42,369 bases of DNA. It comes from Mesotaenium endlicherianum. Its lineage: Eukaryota. The DNA lies in contig WELA01000694.1 of NCBI GenBank assembly GCA_009602735.1, forward strand, positions 678,325 to 720,693. The letters run 5' to 3'. The stretch's first letter is position 1. The number at the start of each line of letters is the position of its first letter. The translations under genes and the position numbers were made by a program. Shown here in pieces: positions 1 through 11,555 of this stretch. The notes below the pieces were generated by a model that ran no database searches, was not told the DNA's origin, and worked only from the letters and a program-made list of their open reading frames with translations.

Positions 1-67
1 CCCCCTCCTTCCTCCCCTCTCTCACTGCTCCTGGTGTGGCGTTGCACACGCGTGCTCGCGGGCGCAG

Positions 68-592
68 GTACCTGGAGGAGAATCTGGACGACTGGCTGCA
101 GGAGCAGCTGGAGGACTTCTCCGACGATGATTACCTCGTGTTCGACTGCCCCGGTGCGCCCTCAGAGCCTGCCTCTCGCCCCCCCTCCCACCCTTTCCTC
201 TCGCGTTCACGCCCTCTCGCCTCAGCCCCTCTCGCCTAATGCAGCAGCAGCAGCAGCAGCAGCCCTCTCTGCGCTCCACTACATTATCTCCTTGCTACTC
301 GAGCACCAGAGGGGAGGGGGCGGGAGGAAGGTGGTGGGTTTGAAGGGGGGCTGTCCTTCCCGCGTCCGGCTTTGCAAGGGGAGTCTGCGCGGAGGAGGCT
401 CAGTGTGGACCTGTCGTCCTTGTGCCCCAATGCAGGCCAGATAGAGCTCTACTCGCACATCCCCGTGCTGCGCCTGTTTGTGGACCAGCTGCGGCGCTGG
501 GACTTCAACGTCTGCGCCGTGTATCTGCTGGACTCTCAGGTGGGTCCGCCCAGGTAATACATGTGGGTGGGGGGGGCGCTCACTTGCGCAAG

Positions 593-632
<40 letters not shown>

Positions 633-633
633 N

Positions 634-705
<72 letters not shown>

Positions 706-3153
706 TTTCTCCCTCCCTAGCTTCCTCTCTTTCCTTACTCTCCCTCCTTTTCTCTCTGTTCCTCCCTCTTGCGCCCTGGCTCCCTCCCCGCTCTCCCTAA
801 CTCTCCCCCTCTTGCCCAGCCTTCTCTTTCTTTTATGCACATGCGCGGCCCCTGGGGACTTCATCCTTCTCACCCTCCTGCAGATGCACTTAGGATTTGT
901 TCTGTCAGGTCCCCAGCAGATGCGCAGGCAGAAGAAGGGTGATCTGCTCCCACGCAGTGAATACTGTTTGGGCTCCTGCCTTCGATATACATGTTTCTTC
1001 CATGCAAGCAGAATGTGTGTTGTAATACTTGTGCTTCTACACTCGTAGCAACAACGCAGAGGAATGGTTCAAAGTGCCCGGTATGCAACGGAAATATCCA
1101 ACGTGAAGCTGTACAGGTATATACTCATGTGGAAATACAAATGTGTTAATCATATCTTTGTGGTATAGAAATGTGTTAATGTGTATTTTAGTAATGTGTA
1201 TACAGGTTCTAATTTGGCCCTTCAGGCAGCAAGTAAAGCATTCACTTTTAGTTTAATACAATCTAACCCAGTTCGCAATAAATAAATCATCAAATACTTT
1301 TATAAGATATTATTAGAATTGATTTTCTCATAGGTGTGTGTCTGAGGACCACCCCTCAAACGCAAGCGCCGCTGACTCAAATGCTCAAAACCCCTTTCCG
1401 GTACACCTTACCAGCTGGCCCCTCTTCTGCTGCTCAGTTGTGACCTGGAGATGCGCCGCTGCTCACGTGGATGGACCAGGTTTGGGCGCTTTCGTGAGTG
1501 CAGTTTGTGTCGGACGTGACTAAGTTCATATCAGGGTGCCTGGCGTCCCTCTCTGCAATGATCCGGCTCGAGCTGCCACATGTCAACGTGCTGAGCAAGA
1601 TGGATCTGGTCGCCAACAAGAAGAGTGTGGAGAAGTGAGAGCCCCCCCCCCGCCCCCCCCCCTCCGGCCAGCTAATAGATCCATGCCATCCTGCTCTCCT
1701 CGCCCACCCCCAATTTGTTGCTATGCATGTCCATGATCCCCAACGTATGCTCCTTCATTTTTGGTGTCCGTATTCAACTTTCGACTATGTTGTTAGAAAA
1801 GTCTCCACCCCCGAGTATGTCCCAGCAAGGTCATGGCAGCAGACCCCAAGCAGGGCTGGAGCAGGCGGGGACCGCAAAAGGAAGTGGCCCCCGACGTGGT
1901 GCGCCATGTTCTGGGCGCCAAGCATGCGCAACCTTACGGCAGCCGGGGCCAATTGCCCAGGTTTACAATTAACCGCGGTTGCACGTTGGGGCCCGGGGAT
2001 GCGGGTTTAGGGTTCCGGGTCCAGGTTGGGCTCGGGCTCAGGGTCTAGAGGTCAAGGTTTGGGGTTTCAGGGCAGAATTGAGGGCCAGGCTTTCGAGTGC
2101 AGGCATTACTGCCACGGGTAGGCTTGGGGGCTTACCCCAGTTGGTTGGTGGATGGGGTTGGGAACTGCTGGGAGCCGCGCAGGTTCCTGTGTCCGGACGT
2201 GCGGCTGCTGCTGGCGGATCTGAATGTGAGAATGGCGCCAAAATTTGCCAAGCTCAACACCGCCATGGCTCAACTGGTAAGGCCCTCTCTCTCCCTCTCT
2301 CACTCCCCCCTTCCCCTCCTCCCCTCCCGCCACGGCGCCTTCCTTTCTGCCCTTGCACCCTTCCCTAGCTTTTGCTGTACAGTGGTACGAAAGTGGCGTG
2401 AGAGTACAGACTCAGTCGGGTGCACATGAGCCATCGTGGACCCCTCATAAGTTTGCCAGCAGTCATGCCCTTCCTTCTATTACACCTGGATGGTCCTACG
2501 CTGCCACTTTCTCTTTCTCTCCTCTCCCTCTTTGTATATGCGTGTGTGTGTGATATGCATGGCTGAGCACGAGCACGCGCTTGTGTGGAGGGCTGAATCT
2601 TGTTCTCATTGTTGTGACTGTGGTCTTGTTCGGCCGGGACTTGTTAACAGGTGGATGACTACAGCATGGTGAACTTTGTGCCGCTGGACATCAGACATGA
2701 AGACAGGTGCTGAATCCTCTTGCTCCCCCTCATATACTTTCAGTGTGACGTGCAAAACTTGGGCTGTGGTTGCGAAGCTCAATTCGTTGAAGTCGTCAAA
2801 AGGCTCACACTCGGGTCTTCACGACTGATGTTCTCTACGCTCTCTTGCTGCCCGTGCCATACTCCTCTTTCAGTCACCATTATATTCACCTCGCCAGAGT
2901 CTGACGCGGCTCCAGCAATTGCCGGTACGCTGCAGAGTTTGCCTAGAAGCAATAAGGGTAGCCTTGGAGAGGAACAGAGCATGAGAATTGAGGAAAGCTC
3001 CGTGGTGTGCTGACTTCCTTAGTTGCGGTTGCCCCGCGCAGCATCCAGTATGTTCTGGGCCAGGTGGACAACGCAATCCAGTGGGGAGAAGACGCAGACG
3101 TGAAGATCAAGGACCACGACCTGGACGGCGGGGAAGGGGAGGACGATGAGTGA
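68..3153 (+). CDS. GPN3: GPN-loop GTPase 3 (5'-partial; upstream exons lie outside the window)
   Basis: Six GT/AG-bounded exons with consistent phases: 68-153, 436-539, 1504-1634, 2183-2276, 2651-2706, 3042-3153 (TGA). Spliced peptide [110 protein letters not shown] carries the [22 protein letters not shown] and QWGED motifs of GPN3. Confidence 0.95.
595..701. repeat. (CT)n microsatellite in a GPN3 intron
   Basis: About 50 CT units with one N, followed by a pyrimidine-rich tract. Confidence 0.95.
2003..2090 (+). repeat. Degenerate telomere-like (TTTAGGG-variant) repeat in a GPN3 intron
   Basis: gggtttagggttccgggtccaggttgggctcgggctcagggtctagaggtcaaggtttggggtttcaggg: 6-7-nt units ending in GGG. 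Confidence 0.5.
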
Positions 3154-3647
3154 TGATGTCGGAGATGGCCTGCGTGTGGACCTTCTTGACATGCTTCATA
3201 AGCATGGCGGCACCTATGGATGAGCTTAGTTGTACATATGTAGGGAATAAGTGGGCTGGCCCTAGAATTGATGTTGGGGGCTGCTCTCATGAAAGGTTTC
3301 CAGGCATGATGGCCCTCAAGGTTTATTGCAAGCCAGGGGGAAGAAATAGCTATGCCCAGCTGGATGCTAACTTGTTGTGGATGGGGAGTAAAGTGTGGGT
3401 ATGGCTTTCCTGAAACTCATGGCCTTGCACGCCTAACCGGCAGGGGCATACATTGGTCAACCTCAAGGTCCAATCATTTTGCTAATGCGCCCTTATTTTT
3501 CTGAATCCAGGCCCTTGAATAACAAACTGTGATACTCCAAACAAAGATGAGGCTAGCCGACTTAGGTTGATGATATGTTACCTCTTACACGTGGTTGGTT
3601 TAGAATGCTCAGGTTTATCTTTCTATGTGCCTCTTTAGCAACTGGTC

Positions 3648-6600
3648 TTATTTCAATTCAGTCTGTACCCTTTCTACAGGTTCTTGCTTCAGATTGCCTG
3701 CACCAGTAAGGAGCCAAATAACTCCAAGAATCAGAATGCCAAAAAGAAAGGCAATCAGGTACAGATTGTAGGAAGCTTTCGTATCTGCGGCGCTTTTCAG
3801 GGTTCCTTCGCTTCCTGCCACACTTGAACTGGCACCTGGGCCAGCTTTCTGTGAGCCTTTAATGAGATCAGCGATGGGATCCCAGTGCTTGGGCAAAACT
3901 GTGAGGTTGACAACAGCTGCTGACTCCACTTCTATCAGACTGGTCTCGTCGCCAATGTCGAGAGCCAGCATGGCTTTGCATCGCTCCATCGACTCCTGCC
4001 AGACAAGAAGAACCAACATGAGCTATAAGCCGTAGAAGGAACTAGTATGAGGATCTCGAGGCTGTGAGGCACTAATGCACGTTACTTGGTCGAGTGAAGC
4101 GCGTGTATCACACCCCCTTTTTGACCTTCCGACTCTACATCCTGCACCTTCTGACTTAGTATAGAGAATAATAAGAAGCTTTACGAGGGATACTTGCGTG
4201 CACAATTTCACCATACGTATATCTCATAGACTGCAGAGTGACCAACAACACAAGCTGGCCTAAAACTGCTACATAAATTCCAAATATCACCTTTAAAGCA
4301 CACACAAGACAGCATAGGAAACCTACCAACTCAAATCTCGGCATGAGGCAGGGGAGACAGACCATCACGGCCATGCTGAGACGAGGGTAGTGTGCACACT
4401 CATGAAGGACCGATGATTTACAACATGCATAATCTCCACAACCATGTCACTCCAACGTGACCACCCTCGAACCTACAGCACCAGCAGCATTGTCGAGCCC
4501 ATTCCTGGAAAGAAGACGAGGAAGAGGAAGAGGAGGAGGAGCAGGGGGGATGAAGCAGTAGCATCAGCCAGCGAGGGGGCGAGCAGAGCAGCAGCGCACC
4601 TCGAGGGGCTCTGTGGGCGAAAGGTAGTCGCACAGGTGTCCTCCCGCACTGCCCCAGGGTACCAGCACTCGCCTCGGCATGCCACACGCGTACGGCCTCG
4701 CCAGTCCCCAGCCGCTGGCACACCCCATGCCCGCAGAGCAGCGTCAGGCACGAAGATCTGCGGCTGTAACACAGCTGCTGCGCCTGGGTGGCAGCGCATA
4801 CAGCTTCATCATCCTTACTGCTTGTGCTGCTGTCTGTCTGGCTTCGGGGTTTCCCCTGGCGGCACACACTCGCTTATCTAACCACTAGCAAGTACAGGAC
4901 TCTGTCTGGCTCCACCTGGCTCGCTCCCAATGAGTTTCGTACAGGATGCAGGATTCAGGCAAGAGACAGGGAGGGAGTAGAGGTGGTGCGGGTGTATGGG
5001 GTGTCGGGGGTGGGGGGGAGGAGGTGATCCACCAAGCCCAATGCGGCTGTAAGGGGCCAACAGGAAGGGGGAAAGAAATAGGGGCGGGACAAAGGCCTTC
5101 CATGACGACAAATGGCAGATGGGGTAGCCAAGCTCTGTGAAGGACGCACTCAGTCTCTCTGCCAGTGGCCAGCAGCGGGTGCAGGGGCGGTGGTGGCGGC
5201 CTGGCGTTTGCGGATCCGCCTCTCCCACTGGCTCGGGTCGAAGCCTGCTGCTGCTGAGAGTGCCTCTGGGCGTGCAGATGAGAAGGCGATGCCTCTGGCA
5301 GCTCGTCTTCTTCCTCTTCCTGGAGCACGCTCTCCTCCAGCGCCAGCTCAGCCTCATCCACCAGGAGAGCCAGCCTCGCCTCCAGGCTCCCCACTATGTC
5401 CGCCTGCCGCACCTCGCAAGCCAAACATCTCTTTGTAGCTATCAGCATCAGAGTCACTAGTTGCTACTCTCAACTGATGACATCAGAAGAAAAATCAGGA
5501 GCAGCAAGAGAGAGACGGAAGGAGGCAGGGAGGGGGTATGTGAGTCGCTCAGTTGGTGGTAAGGGGTGGGGTGGAGACAGAGAGAGGGCCAGAGCAAGCA
5601 GAAGGGATATGTAACGCGCCGGAAACACCGGGCTTGATAGTGGCAAGCAGAGCCTGGTCCTGCGCGCAGCAACTGCAGCAAGAGAGGATGAAGAGAAAGA
5701 GGGAGTAGGTGAAGACAAGGAGGAGGGAGGATGGGGAGGGTGGAGAAGCTCAGGAGAAGGCAGTGGGACCAGATATTCTGCTTGTTCAAGCTAACCGCTA
5801 GTAGCAGCAGAAGCAGCAGCAGGCCCGCATCCCCCAGGATGCGCTTACTCCAGGCGCAAAGAAGAGGGCAGTGGGCAGAGCTGCTCTGCTCTGCTGGTGG
5901 CGAATAGGCAACGCAAATGTACCTTGAGGTCGGCCATAGCCCGAGAGTAGGGCTCGCGGGCATGTGCATATGCGCGGGCATGAATCGGTCCGCTAATGCT
6001 GACCATGCCCGCCACCGCCAGATCTCCTCTCTCATCTGTCTCCCACAAGGTGCCCCCCGCCCCCCCTCCCTTCCTCCACGGCATAAGAATAAAATAAAAC
6101 TGCTTGTTACTCAGATGCACGAGCCCCGAGGCACACTTGGGAGTCACGGGCAATGGCATGAAGCACTATCAAGATACCACGTTCATTCACACACTAGATG
6201 GGCTGAGAGGGTATGGGCACAGGAAAGGGGGTGTGGAAGGGGAGTGGGTGGGGAAGGGGAAGGGGAAGGAGGATAGGGGGACGGACAGCTCCATGTATTG
6301 CCTCCCTGCGCGTGGCTGGTGGAGCAGTATGGGTGTGCATGTGGCAAGGCCACAGAGCTTCTTTACAGGGGACTGCATTGCACCTTCATCAGGTGGATGA
6401 AGCTCTTGCGGCACACGCGGCAGCAGCAGCTCTACAACGTGGGGGGGGTCTCTTGTGCTGCCGGCTGGCAGGCTGCTGTCTGCGGCGACCTACAGCATCC
6501 CCCCACCAAAAGCAAACGGACAAAGCTTAAGCCCCCTTAACTCCAACTTCAGGAGGCCACTGTTGGATACCACAGCTCGTCCTCTGTGAAAAGGCAGCAG

Positions 6601-6989
6601 AGTGCCCGAGCGTGCAAGAAGTGTGCAAGAGAGAAAGACACACATACACACACACATACACACACATACACAAAGAGAGAGAGAGCACATTTAAGAAGCG
6701 TCTGAAGCACATGTATTTAGGGGGCGTGCTCCCCCATGAGACCACCCCTTCCTCTATGGGGCACCCACAGGTGGAGGAGGCAGACCATAAAAAATCTACC
6801 TCTACGTCCTGCCTGTGCGTCGTCAGAAGCAGCAAATTTTTTTCACTAGAGCGCACATTCAAGCCAAGCTTTACTCAACTCGGTGGGCATGCTTTTTGGA
6901 GTGGCAGCCTCACAAAGCTAGAGACTGCAGGCAGACCGCGGCACAAGAGGCAGGAAACCATGATGTGTACGTGCGCATGTGTGCCTCTA

Positions 6990-7033
<44 letters not shown>

Positions 7034-8756
7034 GGTGCACGTGTTTGCATCTATGTCTGTATGTGTGTGTGTGTGTGTGTATATGTTTGTGAGTGTGCAT
7101 GTGTTTTTGTGTGCGCGTGGGCATGTGCGTGCATGCGAGCGTACAAGCTGCCCGTTGATGAGGGCGTGGGCGTGCTGCAGCCGGAGCGCCTCGTGCGCTA
7201 CAGCCTGGCGGACGCTGAGCTGGAGACAATTGCTGGCAGCCTGTGCCCTTCTGCCGCCACTTGTCACGGGTAGCCTGCTCCATGTCCCACCGACAGCGCA
7301 CATGCACAACCGCCGACGATGCTCTCACAATCTGGGGCGCGGCTTGGAGATGTAGGGAAGTAAGGAAGCGGCACGCACGCGTGCATGCACGCTGCCGGCA
7401 TCATCAAGTGACGGCAAGGGGCATCCCTCCTCGGGCTTACAGAGCTCCCTGTTTGACACCGTGTTAAGAAAAAAGCTCCCCTCCCGGGCCAGTAGGGGAG
7501 AACAGTCAAGCTGATTCTCCGATGGGCACCAACTCATCATCCCCGTTGCTCCTGGCGGGAGCGGCGGCGGCGGCGGCGGCCGGCCGGGGGGGCGGCGGGG
7601 GTGCGCTATGGCCCCCTTGTCTTTTATCTGGCTTATTGGTGTGCTGGAAAGCCCGACAGACTTGACCCTCTCTCCGTTTGCGACAAACGCCTCTGCAGAA
7701 ACTCAAATGACAGCCTAGGAGCAAAGGAGATGCAGGGATGCAGCAAGCCAAGCGGCAATCTACAAGCGGCATGCGCCATCCGATACACGTGAGACAAGGA
7801 CCGCTGCTGCGCCAGGCGGGGGGGGAGGAGAAGGAGAAGGCGAGAGGGCGAGGAGGAGCTGGCAGCGGTGCACTCTGAGTCTTCTACCCCCCTCTCCCTC
7901 TTCCTTACACGATGCTGACGGGATAGCGACACGTGAAGCAGTGGAGGCCCGCCAAAAGGTTGCCCCACTTGAGGTCGCACGGGGGCAGGCTGCTGGGCTG
8001 GGCCGCGGCGGTTCCAGAAGTGGAGGAGGAGGAGGACGACATAACGCAGCTTTTGAAGCTATACCTGCAGGCACGGAGGAGAGGGCCCCGCCCTGCCAGG
8101 AGTAAGTAGCCACCTCTCTAGCACTTGTCACTCAGCGGGAAAACGCGACACACGCGCACACGCACGCACACACATACAACTCAAGGGCTGGCAGCAAGGT
8201 CGCCCAAATAGAGGCCTGAAGGGGCAAGCTGCGCCCTGCCTGTCCATGCTTTAAGGTGGTGTACTTCTGCTCCTCATCCCATAGAAGGAGCAGGAGCAGC
8301 CGCAGCAGCAGGAGCAGGACAGGAGCAGGAGCAGGAGCAGGAGCACGGCGGCAGCGCTTTCATATTGCAGAGTGCCTACGGCAGGCTCGTAGTCCGTGAG
8401 ACAACAAGGCCTGCAGCTCAAACATCAGGAAGGAGGGACGTGAAGCCAGCCTACTTCTTGGGGGTGGGGCATATGTGGAGCAGCAGGCTGTGCTGGAGGT
8501 CTGTCGCCGAGGAAGCTGGGCTAGCATGGGTGGCGATGACGCTGGCCACGCCCTTCACCGCCTGCAGCAGCACCACCAGCAGCAGCAGTTGGTACCAGGC
8601 ACCTGACGCCCTCTGGATGTTTGCCCCTCCCTCCCTCCCTCCCTCCCTCCCTCCCTCCCTCCCTGCGGCAGCTAGCTTGGACATGCACACGAGTGCCAAA
8701 TGCAGATGACAGTGGTGGAAAGCCTGTGAAGGATGTCCTTGCTCTCCTGGCTCTTC

Positions 8757-8807
<51 letters not shown>

Positions 8808-10897
8808 GTCATCATCATCGTCATCATCATCAGCGAGTGTCTCATCAAAATCCATCCACTCTTGCCCTTAGAAAGGTGAGTTTCAAAGCCAAGGGGAATC
8901 TGCAGGAGTGGCTGTCAGAGCTGACAAGGGGGGAGAAATGACGACATGGAGGAGGGCAGAGGTGTCAGAGGATTTTGCCCCCCACAAGCAGGTGCATGCA
9001 CCACCCTGATTACTCAAAGAGCTGAATTTGCTGAGACAGCCATGTGATGCCCGTCTGTCTGCTCGCTTAACTGAAGGTCCTTTGCTGCCTGCATTCCACT
9101 GCCAGCTGGCGCCAAGTGCCTGTGCAATCACGGATGCTCACCCCCTGCTAACGCTTCAGGAGAGTAAGAAGTGGGCAGGTTCTGTATACCTGGAGGAGAG
9201 AGGGAGTGGCGTGCCTGAAGGACGCGTCGGGGCAGAATGCGTACAGCCCTACCACTTGGACACCCCCCACCAGCATCCGAGACGCCTGTAGGAACACCAG
9301 GAATATATGCACGATAACCAGATGAGAAGTTTCCTTATTCCTATCTCCAACTCGGGAGAGGGGGAAAATAGAATAAAATTGAAGCAGCTTGGTATTCTCG
9401 GGACGCCCCCATTGACAAGTTGTAAAGGAAAGCCCAGTGCCTGCCTCGGCTGGAGACCGGCACATGAGGAGCCAGAGAGGCCCTGGGCGTGTGTGCGACC
9501 CAGGCTCACAGCGTGCTAGAGCTGCAGAGATGACATGTCCACCCTGGCTGATGCCTCGCATGCCTGCCAGGCATCAGATTCTTTCTCCCCCTTTCATGGA
9601 GGTTTGGTCCAGTGCTTTCTTACACGACGAAACAGGCCTTGCTGTGACTCCAAGTTCTCAGGATCTCGACCCATGTCCACCCCGAGTAACGTCACACCAC
9701 GTTGTAGGAGTTGTGAGAGGACAGCATACTGGAGGCCTGAAGGGAAGGCTCAATGACTTGATGTATCATATCCTTTAAGGAAGCCTATAAAAGTGTAGAA
9801 CAAACGACTAGGAGGCAGCTGGTCTGCAAAGTTCATTTTGGTCCACTCTGATCATGACTGCAGGTTATATTCCCGTCCACGTGCCATTTGAGAATATGAG
9901 TGCAGAAAATGGCTTGACCACACGATGGCCTAGCTTTGGCCTTGCAATCACGCAGTATTCTTGAAGAAAATAGCGTAATACACGGGTGGAAATCTCCCCA
10001 GACATATACTACTCTTCAGCTGATACTGTTGGCTCACATTATGGATATGTAAGATGATATCAGATGAGCAGGTCAATGTCGTAAGCACGTAGCGAACCAC
10101 TCCATGCCCGGCTCCCAAGCACCAGTGTCAGACAATTCATACAGCTATGGCCGAGCAAGAAGTTTGGGTGCACCTGGCGAGCATGTTCAACGATCCAGTC
10201 TTCATCCAGCACTAAAGGGGCCGCCTCAGCAGCCCCCTTCCCTTTGCCCCCCTTCTTGCCCCCCTGAGAAGAGCTGGACGTAGCAGGAGCATTGGGAGGC
10301 CCATCACCGTCTTTTGAGGGAGTTGGAATGAGAGAATAGACTAGATCTCTGGTAGTCCCTCTTTTTCCCAGAAGGAGTCCCACCTGCAAGTACAGGAGTA
10401 AGGCAAGATGGCCTTTAGATGAATTAACGACACATTCAAACTTGGCCAAGAAGGGTAGGTACCGAGGAGTATGCAACAGACTTCGTGAAGAATGCCTAGT
10501 TGAATATCAGCCATGCTCTACATAGAGCTGAAGTATATATTCTGAAGTATGTCTCGTAATGGCCCATATAAAGCATGCAGAATGATCTGAGCCTCTATTA
10601 CCACAATGAATGCCTTGGTCATTGCATATGAAATTGAACTGGTTTACATTGTCTGAAACAAGAGGAGGAAATGAAAAGTTTTAGCGACTTTAGTTTCAGC
10701 CCAAAAACTAAGCGTAGATGCTGTGCCAGCTGACGCCACCAGTAAACTGTTCCAAATAAGCGTTCTCGTGTGCCTCTTCAGAAAACAAATTTAAGAATAT
10801 CCTTAGTGCCCATTACCTCACTTGTGGTACGATTCCTGAAGATTTTATTCACATGAGCTTCAAGATTTGTCTCGTCTGCTAACACGTTCCTGACCAT
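3648..10897 (-). CDS. ODR4: ODR-4 (odorant response abnormal 4)-like ER membrane protein
   Basis: Exons (minus): 10897-10817, 10383-10174, 9285-9190, 8561-8455, 8064-7909, 7274-7145, [6808 or 6812]-6769 (uncertain), 6035-5923, 5403-5150, 4714-4600, 3995-3648; phases are consistent. Peptides [109 protein letters not shown] and a C-terminal hydrophobic anchor ([19 protein letters not shown]) match plant ODR-4 homologues. Confidence 0.9.
6270..6440 (+). mobile_element. Possible degenerate 3' end of a non-LTR retrotransposon ORF (RLE clade) inside an ODR4 intron
   Basis: Frameshifted peptide [49 protein letters not shown] resembles the G-x-G-x-x-Y..LG..A..L...LH.....RR C-terminus seen in algal RLE-bearing LINEs. 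Weak, pattern-level resemblance only. Confidence 0.2.
6968..7135. repeat. (TG)n / degenerate TG-rich microsatellite in an ODR4 intron
   Basis: Perfect TG run at about 6996-7030 with degenerate TG/CA flanks. Confidence 0.9.
8758..8832. repeat. (TCA)n trinucleotide microsatellite in an ODR4 intron
   Basis: About 25 TCA/TCG units. Confidence 0.95.
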
Positions 10898-11555
10898 GCT
10901 GCAATAATCTTAGTCGGTGGTCGATGAGAAGCCGAGCAGACAATAAATGAAAGCAGCAAATGCTATGCAAAGCGGATCGACGAAAAGCAGCGAACTTAAG
11001 CAAAGGATGTAGTACTTAGAAGTGAAACTATCTAGTGCTTCATCACGCTCCCTTTGAAGCTAGCCTGTAGAGTAGTGACGTGCGCAAGAGAGAGCTCTGC
11101 TTGTGTTGAAGTTGCATATGTATGGGGCCAAATGCTTCCTTCGTCGTTGTGGGGCCAGTTCCCTATTAATATTACTCGCGGTTTTGAACAGGTCTTGAAC
11201 GATTCGCAACTCCGGAGTCTGGACTCTGGAGTCGGCATGTAGAAAGGGGTAGAACGAATCTCAGTTGCGCGAGGGTCCGTTCGCAATAGCGTCGGGGAAT
11301 TAATGAGATGAATCGACATTCTAAAGAGACATGAAACAGCGTCGAAGGCACCATCTTCACTCTTCCCTTAGCAGTTGCCAGTAGTGCTGCATCTCTTTCG
11401 CCTTTCCATGTATCGGGACTGGAGTGCTTGTCATTAGACGGTTCCAGTAAGTTTGTAGAAAAACGTGCGGTAGGGGTTTTGTATGCATTGACTACTTTTT
11501 TGGCTTAGATTGTTGGCTGAACGGAAAGCCGAACAAGTCATAAAGGAAGTGAGAT
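10898..11555. promoter_or_regulatory. Putative bidirectional promoter (ODR4 / CCHC gene)
   Basis: 658 bp between two divergent ATGs (10897 minus, 11556 plus). Confidence 0.5.

Noticed and set aside
422..1048. SL/ER dipeptide-repeat ORFs
   Set aside because: Translations of the intronic (CT)n tract.
3151..3156. TGA-TGA at the GPN3 end as possible selenocysteine readthrough
   Set aside because: The acidic tail is the normal GPN3 terminus and no SECIS was recognised.
7506..7551. Exon-like piece [14 protein letters not shown] in an ODR4 intron
   Set aside because: Phases are incompatible, and the flanking exons already join as YPVSIV-LPVT, as expected from homologues.
8451..8941. Poly-His and poly-Asp ORFs
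   Set aside because: Translations of an intronic (TCA)n microsatellite; only 8561-8455 is a real ODR4 exon.
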